Shown: in pieces, positions 54,962 to 64,000 of the stretch | Layout of the letters: every line of letters starts with the position of its first letter | Numbering within the stretch: position 1 is the stretch's first letter | Assembly (NCBI RefSeq): GCF_008831285.2 | Contig: NC_045138.2 | Coordinates: forward strand, 38,936,001-39,000,000 | Source of the DNA: Nymphaea colorata | Taxonomy: Eukaryota | Length of the DNA: 64,000 nt | Direction of reading: 5' to 3' | Made by a program: the position numbers and the translations under genes | The notes under the pieces: generated by a model | The model's input: the letters and a program-made list of their open reading frames with translations, nothing else | Told to the model about the DNA's origin: nothing | Databases searched by the model: none

Positions 54962-57900
54962 TATTGTAGATAGATTGTAGATAAAGGATATTCTGGTTGA
55001 TGTGTGTATCTCTTCCTATCAAGATCCTCAATTCATCAATTAGCTCTTGATCCTGAAGACACTGATATCTCCTCCATAACTACGTTGCTAGTTCAAACTC
55101 CACTAACGTCCACCAATGCCATAAAAGCCCAAACAAGTTCTTGTTTTGGTAAGCCTGAGCGAGCGGCAACCTCTCGTTCATTCGGTTTGAACTTAAGTTG
55201 TAGATTTGAATGTAGAAAAATAATTTAAACTTAGAAATAAACGTCAACCGCTTGAAAAGTCAAGCATACTTGATAGTAATTTAAGTAATTCACAAACACA
55301 TGATTCTTGAGTTTGCAGAATAATTTACAAACACTTGATGCCTGGATAAAAAATGCTAAACATACTTAGAAAGGCTATTTTCTCAACAGTTTGACATCTC
55401 TCATTCACTCTCTAGCTTTTGTCATTAAAAATGACACTTGGAAAATAACGAAATAGAAAGGATATTGAAAGAAGAAGAAAAAAAGCAAATTGTAAGATCT
55501 CTTCATTGAAAGCAATTTTTCATTTAAACGTATATTCAACCCTCACATACAAGACCTAGTAGTAACCATCTAAGTCGTTAAATCTAATGAAATCAGACAA
55601 CAGAAATTAAGTTGCAAATACAAAGTTTGAAGTACACCTCAAAGAAAACAAGAATTTTCATCTAAAGACATTCATATTCCTTTACAAGGCATTTTGGACT
55701 CGTAAAAAAACATTGCAGCTTTGTGAATGTCACTGAAACGAACAGCCTAAATGATTCTGATTAAACTCTGGTATATAAAGGGAAAACTATCTAATTCTCC
55801 GGAAAGGATCAGTAGCTTTTTATCAATTTCTTTTAAGAAAAGCATGCAACTTTCGCTTCATGTAACTGGTTGTTTGGTGCTCTGCCGCATGTCGAGCCCT
55901 TTGGGTGAAAGGATATATAAGAAGCAAGTCGCCTCCATGTATTATGGCCAAAATCAAAATCAAACACGACACCAATTCGACCTTCCCGAACAAAGAATCT
56001 GAAACGACTAACGAAAAAGTCCGGAGAATTTTAGCACAGTGGCACCAGAAAAAGTAGGAGAAGTTGAAAACCTCATCCAGATGTCTGTGCCCGTGACTTG
56101 ATGATACCTTCACGAATGATGAGGTCTCTTTTGGTTTTGGAACAAAAATGCAATTCTTCTAAAATTTGTTTCAGGCGATCCCTGAAACCCAATGAAATGG
56201 TTAAATGTAAAATTTTCAAAAGGTAAAGCTTTTCAACTTTTGCTTCGTCTGTCGCTTCTCCGCTCCCGTTCATGTAAATCCCGGTGACATCATACACCGG
56301 CCATGGATCTAATTTTGTCGAACGTACAAATGAAACGAATTTAGCTTGGCCTTGATGAGTCTGTATTTGAAATTCAAATCTCTCTACAAATTCGAATCGC
56401 GTCAACCATGTGCCAAGGTTCACTTGGGTCCACAAAAATTCCTCATGTACGTCTGACAACTTGAAAGTCAAGTTCTTTACTTTTTCCTTTTGATTTGTTG
56501 AACGTTGAAAAGTACTCTTACTATATCTTATTCTTTTCTCAGAGATGGTGAAAACGATATGTTCACAATTTTCAAGTGCAATTTATCAACTGTGTGCGCG
56601 TGTGTGTCTATACATATAAAGAGAGAGAGAGAGAGAGAGATAAAACAAATGAAGAAGTAGAAGATGAAATCAGCTTTTGCGAAATTGTTTCATCTGAAGT
56701 TTCATTCTCCATCTTGCCGTAAATGGTTTCTTGCGGTTTACAGTAGGCAGAAATGGTCGAAGAGATACATGGTAGATCACAAACTTCAAATGCATTACCA
56801 TTTCCAATGACATTACTAAAAAGGGCAGGCGTCATGTTCTGTTCCGCTGTTTACCCTCATTCCTGGAGCTGGAGGGCGGAGGCGGAAAGAAAGAAAACTT
56901 TCAATGCAAGCAGAAGATCAGTGTCGTGAAGAAATTTCATTTTCTATATTCTCACCAAACACAGAAACCAGGCCCGAGACTGGTTAAAAAAACAAGTTTC
57001 AGGAAACCTGGATTTTACAAAATACATTTTTAGAGGGTGTCATCCAAATGCTGCCTTCAATTTGTCAAATTTGTATGGAACTCTTAAAACGTCTACCGTT
57101 TGGCCGTCAAACCAAACCCATCCATGTCCAAATAAACACAGAAATCTTTAATACATTTGGAGTTATTTAAGGAAGGCGTCTGATCGCATGAATAAAGTAA
57201 AAAGTCCAAAACAAATACAGAAATCTTCATTACTTTTGGAATTCTTTAAAGAAGGCGTTTGATCGCATGAATAACGTAAAAGCATAGAATCAAGTTCTCG
57301 ATTTCCCTTTTTTCTCGAAATTGATTTAGCCTTTTGGGATGTATGGGCAGGCCCGCAGGATACAGCCTGAATTTTTTTCTCAGGGTAATCAAACGGCCCT
57401 TTAACGTCCTTCTCAAATCCCAACACCAGTCTTTGAGAGTGAACCCACCAGAAAGAACTCCAGCTCTGAGCTGAACCAAAGCTATAAGCCTGAACCTACA
57501 ACATCTGCCTGCATGCACGCCAAACCTCTGTTCCTGTACCAAGATACAACATTTCACCAGCAGAACTCAAGGTGCATTTGTATTACAGTTACGGCTACTT
57601 ACAGTACACGTTTAGCTGTTCCAACAACTAAATAGGAAAGAGAAATACTAGCATTTGCATTGACAACGAATTAATTACAGAATGGAGGGAAGCATCAAAA
57701 GAATTTCAGAAGCATACACTAATCATTCTATGATTCCGCACAAAGAAAGGAACATCACCCAGAAAAACTGCTCCAACAATGAAATAAGAAGGCTAAATGC
57801 TGACATGAGAACTGCACAAATTAATTACAAGGGAAAATTTGAAGAAAAAGCTCCGTAAGTGTACTAATTATCCGCCATATACATCCAAACATGAAGATAG

Positions 57901-59662
57901 ATCATACACCAATAACTGATCTAGGAGCCGCACATTCACAGGATTCATCCAACAACTGGTCTAGGAGCCAAAAATTCACAGGATTCCGTCCTACACCCTG
58001 CAATTTATAGCATAAGAAAAATGTTATAAACCATTAACTAAGAAAGAACATACACGGATAGAGTCAAATAAAAAACTTTCAAGAACACTGATATGCTAGA
58101 GCTCTGAATAGCATTGAAAAAAAACAAGAAAAGAATACAAAAGCTTAAACTTAACTTAAAATGTAACAATTGAGCAAAGTCATTTAACAAAGGGAAACTG
58201 TCATTACATGCTAGCTGAAATTCAAAAAAAAAAAAAACAGAACCATGAATAAGTGAACTGATCAATGATTAACAATGATGTAAAAACAACAATGGAAGTT
58301 CAAATTGGTTACATCGACATCAGAATGACAGAAGTGCCCTCCAACTCGATGCTAAAATCCCAAGCAATGAAAGTAACAGTAATAGAGTGACAAAATAAGA
58401 AAGGGTAAAAAAGAGACTCAAGAGAAGTAGCTAACGTTACCAAGGTCATTTTCCTCATGAAGACAACCCAAAAGTTAAACCTTAGTATGATATGAGAATA
58501 TGATAAGTTAACAATGCCACAGTTAGTTCCTTTTTCTCCCCAAGAACACTGCAAGCTGACCTTCAGCATATGTTCCCATTCATTACTAAACTATAAATGA
58601 CTTTTCTCACTCTCTCAGTCTCTACAACTCAACACGTGCACATGCACGAGCTTGATTTGGACCAACTCGAAACAACTAATCCACACTAGTATTGTCCTGT
58701 CAGGTCCTTGGGTAACCTGCATCCGACTTTGGATGTTGACAATTTGGTCTCTTTTTCTGTTTCTGCTATTATCAGAAGTACCTTCTTCTGCTGCAGTTGT
58801 TTCTATGCAGGCTTTCTTTACCTCATGCTTTCTGACAATCCGAGGTCATATGCATTAGAAGCATATACGTATCACGTATGCAATATATATTTATGTTCTT
58901 ATAATTATAGCCACAATTTTGGTGAATATTATATAATATTTTTGTTTTAGCATTTTAACTGCTTCATATGTGTGTAAATGCATCTTTCTAATACTTGTTT
59001 ATTAGAACCACAAGTTGCTTACCATGTTAACCTGGCAAGCTCCTCCAGCTCTATTTAGAAGCTTGACTTGATTTTAGATTAGAAAAAACAACTCATTGTC
59101 CAAATGAAAGTCGGTCAATTATCTAGCTGACAAGTTATAGAAAAGGTCGCAAATAGAGTTGAACCAAGTAATGTCACAAAGGCATAATAAAAGTTTCTAA
59201 TATTTTCCTTGTTTATTAGAACTACAATAGAAGATAATCTTAACATGAATGTTGTGATTCTGTTGAGGAATTATATTTAAGCATCCAGTTGAAAAAAAGA
59301 ATGAGAGAATTAGTAATTGGTACTTAGGACATTAAAAGATATAGCATGCACAAAAATACTGCAAAGCAATGATGCTAACTTGTAAGCTTTCTCTCTTTAT
59401 GCTATATAACCATTAAAACTTAATTCATTCTTTCAAACTTTTGTTATGCTCATTATCATGTTCTGGAATGTAATGTCAGTACTATTGTGCATTTTCATTG
59501 ATATGTTGTTATAAGATGATAAATATAGGTTTTCCATTGAGAGTTTCCCTCAACCTTTTAGCTAATTTTAAAAAATTAATACTGCACTTTACTGCCTTTT
59601 CGGAGGACCGCTTAATAAAGGTAGTCCTACCTAGGCTGTGTATAGTGCATCTAACAACATGG

Positions 59663-59664
<2 letters not shown>

Positions 59665-59712
<48 letters not shown>
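59665..59712. repeat. (TA)n microsatellite
   Basis: Visible TA run. Confidence 0.95.
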
Positions 59713-59715
<3 letters not shown>

Positions 59716-59844
59716 AATCCAACTTACAATTGAAAAGTAACTTATATTTGATCACGCAACAACCAGAGATCATCAACACTCCAGATAGCCCAATATCCAG
59801 ATCATGACATAAACAGAACAACAAAGACTAAAGTTTTACCTCAT

Positions 59845-62800
59845 TCACCAGTCAACATTAGATTTCTTTCCAGTCAGTATGCGAGAAATGTGAAGACCCC
59901 TGCTAAATGCCTCATTGAATAAGATCCTTGTCTGCATTGATGCAAATCCAGGCAACCAAGATAGTAGAGCAGTAGGAGCCATAACTATGACAGCAAAAAG
60001 CACATCATACAGTCGAGCTATTGCAACGACAGTATTCCACACAATAGTTTGCTCCAGAAATGGCCTAAGTACCAGGGCTATTGATATCAAGCCCCAACCA
60101 GTGGGGATAAACGCCAAAAGACTGGTAAGCACATCAGTAAACTTGAAGCCAGTGAACTTCAACAATACAACCACAATCAAGATCGTCAAGACTATGACAA
60201 GGGATTGAATAGCTCTGTAATAGATGTGCTCCTTTGCAGCATATCTGTCTTTAGCATAGGACATAACTATATAAATTGCCAGAATCACTATCACAAAAAC
60301 CCAGGAAATCAAGTAGACCGATATGTTGGTGCTATTGTTAGAAATGCCAAGCTGGTAAACAATGCCATACTGGAAAACAAAGAAGCGGCAATCTAAAATT
60401 ATCTCAAGGACCTTCCCCCACAGACCGGTTTTCTTGAGATGCTCTTGTTCCTCATACCACCATTTCTCCCAACTTTGATCTGCTTTTGCATTCACCCCAC
60501 CTGTATACCATATCCAGTTCATAAAATCATCAAAATCATACACAGCCTTCAGCCAGTCCAAGCCCGATGGGTTGAAGATAAAGGGTGCCATGATCCAGGA
60601 TAGTACTAGGAACCAACTTGACAATGTCATAATAATGTAAACGGCTGTGCTGGAAGCAAAAGACGCAACTGAGCTATATGCTGCATAAACAATCAAGATC
60701 ACGCCCAGTTCAATGGCCTTGATGAAATGACTTCGGGAGTAGAGTCTGTAGTTCTCAGCAAACTTCTTATGCTGAACCACAAACCCACGCCCAGTTGCCC
60801 GATACTTTGCTCCACCATGAAGGATCGTTCTTCCAAAGAAATGTGTGCGAGTACCCATTGAGAAAGTATAGAAAACAGAAGAAAGCTGAAGCTGCATTGT
60901 CAAGAAATCCCAAATCGCTCCAAGGAACCCATGTTCAATGGAGTTTTCAACAATCATCGGAAGAGCTGTGAACAAGCCAAGCTGGATGATAAACTGCTGG
61001 TTCAGAGTCGTTATTAATGCATTGTTGGTAGACTGCGCCACTATAGAAGACTCAATGCCACTGAGACACAGATACAAGCGACCCCACAGAAAGGCATACA
61101 CGGTAAGCACAACCATCATGGTGTTGAAGAAGAACCCTACAGTGGTGTAGTAGAAGGAAAGCATTCGTAAGAAGTCCAGTCTGTGTCCCAACCTATAGAC
61201 GTCCCTGCTCAAAATCTGCTCCCCATTGCCACTAGCTACCTTGGCCTCAAACATCGAGATTTGATTCAATCCTACATCCCGTCCTTTCCCTACTTGAATG
61301 TACTCATGGTGGGTGACGTTCCCTCCCTCAAAGTGCAGTTGAAGCCAGCAAATATGTCCTCACTGATGTTAATCACCCTGGAGGCCTTACTGATTCCTCC
61401 CCTGCTCAAGAACCAGAGCCTATCAAACACATCAGGATGCCCGTAGTGCATCCGCACCTTGAGAGGCCATGCCAGAACCCGTTGTCCCAGTGTGACAAAG
61501 CTCGTCTCTTGTGCAGACATGAACCACGCGAGAGACGAAACAGAACCGGTAAAAATATTCTCCCTAACGCCAAGAATGGAGGGCTTCCTGATTCCGTATA
61601 CCTGCTTGTATTCCTCCAGCAGATTCCGCATCTTTAGAGCCTCCTCGAAGTAATTGTCTTGGTTCATGTCGATGGTCTGCACGGCATCGCCCCTCGTGAA
61701 GATGAAAGAATGATTTTGATTCTCCGGCTTGCCTTCCCCAAGCTTCACGGGGCCAGGAAGTATGATACGGTAGATCTCCACTTCCTTCTGGAGCTTCTGG
61801 TCGTATTTCACCAGCACAGAGTAGTACCGCGCCTCCTCAACGGTTTTCACCTCATCCACGTAAGAAATTCGAAGTGCCTCATTGTTCTTCATCAGATAGA
61901 GAATGTCGTCCGCACGAGGATCCTTCTTAGCCTTCTGATTGCCGTAGATCTGACAGGCAACCACATACGTGAATTTCATAAGGGCCGTCCCGTACTCGTG
62001 ACCCTTGAACAGCATGCTGACCCCACTACTCTCCCTACTGAGACTCCGAGCTGAAGCACCCGGCGAGTGGATGTTCTCCTCCCGGCGAAAGGATGAGCCC
62101 GAGCTGGCGGCAGCGAGCTCTCTGGACCCCTGTTGGACGTCCATCTCCGACGCAGAATCCAGGAAGACCAGCATCTTGAGCGCCTTGTAGTAATACATCA
62201 TCCCCCGGACGGTTCGAGCCAGCGTCTGTCCTCTATAAGAGGCCCATAGGCGGAGTTCCCTCACCTTGGTAGTCCACACTTCGTCTGGATTCTTCATCCC
62301 TTCCCCCTGCATTCGTTCCAGAAAGTTTTGCCATTCATCTGGATAGATCCTCTGAAGGTAGAAGAGGATGGAGATACCGTCGCTGTTCTCCGTCCGCAGC
62401 TGCTCCCTGCTGTACATGACGTCTTCATCGTAGTAGGGAGTCAGGACGCTGAAGGCGAGCATCTTCTCCACCTGGGGAGCGCGCGGCATGTTCATGAAGA
62501 GGGAGTTGCTGAAGAAGGCGATCCTCCGCCTGGCCTCGAGATTTCTGGGGACATTGTGCATGGAGTCCCTGGACATCAGGATGGTGGAGAGCCTCCTCAG
62601 CTGCCGGTAGAACAATGAATCCGCCTCTGGGTCGGGGATGTCCACGGCGTTTTCGAACAACAAGCCACCGCCACCAGTGGTCGGCGCTAGGCCTCCCAAC
62701 TTCAGCTCCTCAGTCGTCCTCTTCTGTCTAGGCAGGTCCCGGATGCAAATGTCGTACAACGTCTGCAAGGCGTCTACCACATTCTGCATCGTCCCAGCGT

Positions 62801-64000
62801 CCTTGGCACCGGGCTTCTTCAGGAGGACCCCCACAAGTACGATGAGCTTGGCGTGGATGTCCTTCAGCTTCTTCATCTCGTATGAGGAGGTAAGCCTCCC
62901 GGCAGCAATGGCATCGTCCAGCTCCCCGAAAATAGAGGAAACGATGACATGCTCCTGCGTTCGGTCTCTGACAATCCTCTCCAGCAGGAATTTGACGCTA
63001 TCGTAGGCCTCGATGACGGCACATCGCCTATACTCATTCTTGCAGACCTTCTTCCACAGCGTCTGGTCCGACGCCCGAAGCTCCGTGGCCTGGCTGAGGG
63101 CAAGCAGAAGCTCGTTGCAGAGGAGGAGGCAGGGCCACCGGACGACCCTGATGTTCCAGGCGTTGGCCGGAATCTCCAGGAGCTCCACTTCTTGATCGCT
63201 CACGATGTCCTCCTGTCGGAAGGTAGTGATGATCTCGTTCCATATCATCGCGAACTTGGTGGCCTCGACCTGGTTCGACTCGATCTTCGTATACGGCTTC
63301 CCGAACCCGTATCTGAGCTTCAGCCTGCGGATGGCGTCTTGGAACCTGTTCTTGAGCGTACCCTGAGACTTCAAGAGATGCTCCTCCGGCATGAGGTTAA
63401 ACTGCATCGCGCTCGCGAAGAACTGGAAGCGGAGGCGAAGCTGCTGCAGGTTCCTGATCTCCCCAAGGTGGGAGAAAAGGCCGACGAGCGCCCCCGTGAA
63501 GGAGGAATAGATGGAGTACCAGATGGATATATCCATGAGATAGATGAGGACGACGGGCGCCCAGAGGAGGCCGACGGCGAACCTGTTGGAATGCTTGAAG
63601 AACTCGTGCCACCGGTACTTGACCGTGGTGAGCGAAAGCACCACCTTGGTTGGGGCGATCATGGGCTTGATCTGCAGGAAGTAGCTGAACATAAACTTGG
63701 TCGCCAGGACGACAGCCCAGAAGATCGTGTAAGCAAGGTTGTCGAAGATCCCCTCCCGCAGGCCACGCCCCACGAAGATCCGGCTCTGAAACCACCATGT
63801 CAGGACGTGGAACACCTTCCAATTCTTCTGCTCAAGGAAGTTCCTCACCCACGGCACCACGAAGAGAATGATGGCCAGCACCTCCGGCGACACGAACACG
63901 GCCGAAGCATAGAGGTAGTTTCGCACCTGCTGATTCCTCGCTGCCCTGGTCCTCTGTGGCCAAATCCGGGCGTAGAGCACCCCAAATACCACTGCCCACC
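59845..64000 (-). CDS. CALS12: Callose synthase (GT48), intron-poor CalS11/CalS12 (GSL1/GSL5) type; 5'-partial, with an apparent 1-bp frameshift at ~61325
   Basis: PRNLEARRRIAFFSNSLFM, RLWASYRGQTLARTVRGMMYY, GEGKPENQNH, TIDMNQDNYFEEALKMRNL, RMHYGHPDVFDR, SEDIFAG, YRATGRGF, QTRILFNEAFSRGL. More than 4 kb of coding sequence without an intron, which is typical of the GSL1/GSL5 clade. CalS11 versus CalS12 needs a phylogeny. Confidence 0.9.

Overview
Flowering-plant nuclear DNA with spliceosomal GT-AG introns, (TA)n/(CT)n microsatellites and many MITE/retroelement relics. Six protein-coding genes could be assembled by hand: (1) a GOLDEN2-LIKE GARP transcription factor (- strand, last exon off the left edge); (2) a reticulon-like RTNLB17/18-type protein (+); (3) a tyrosine/nicotianamine-aminotransferase-family gene (-) whose first intron contains a decayed second copy of exon 1; (4) a 22-exon alpha-glucan phosphorylase with a transit-peptide-like N-terminus, an ACT-like domain and no L78/L80 insert (+); (5) a DTW-domain (acp3U tRNA-modification family) protein (-); (6) an intron-poor callose synthase of the CalS11/12 (GSL1/GSL5) type (-, 5' end off the right edge) with an apparent 1-bp frameshift. 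The strongest leads are the ACT-phosphorylase, the dead duplicate aminotransferase exon 1, the callose synthase frameshift with a possibly spliced 3' UTR, and several well-defined MITEs. No searches were run: family names come from recognised motifs, and exon boundaries were read by eye and may be off by a few bases.
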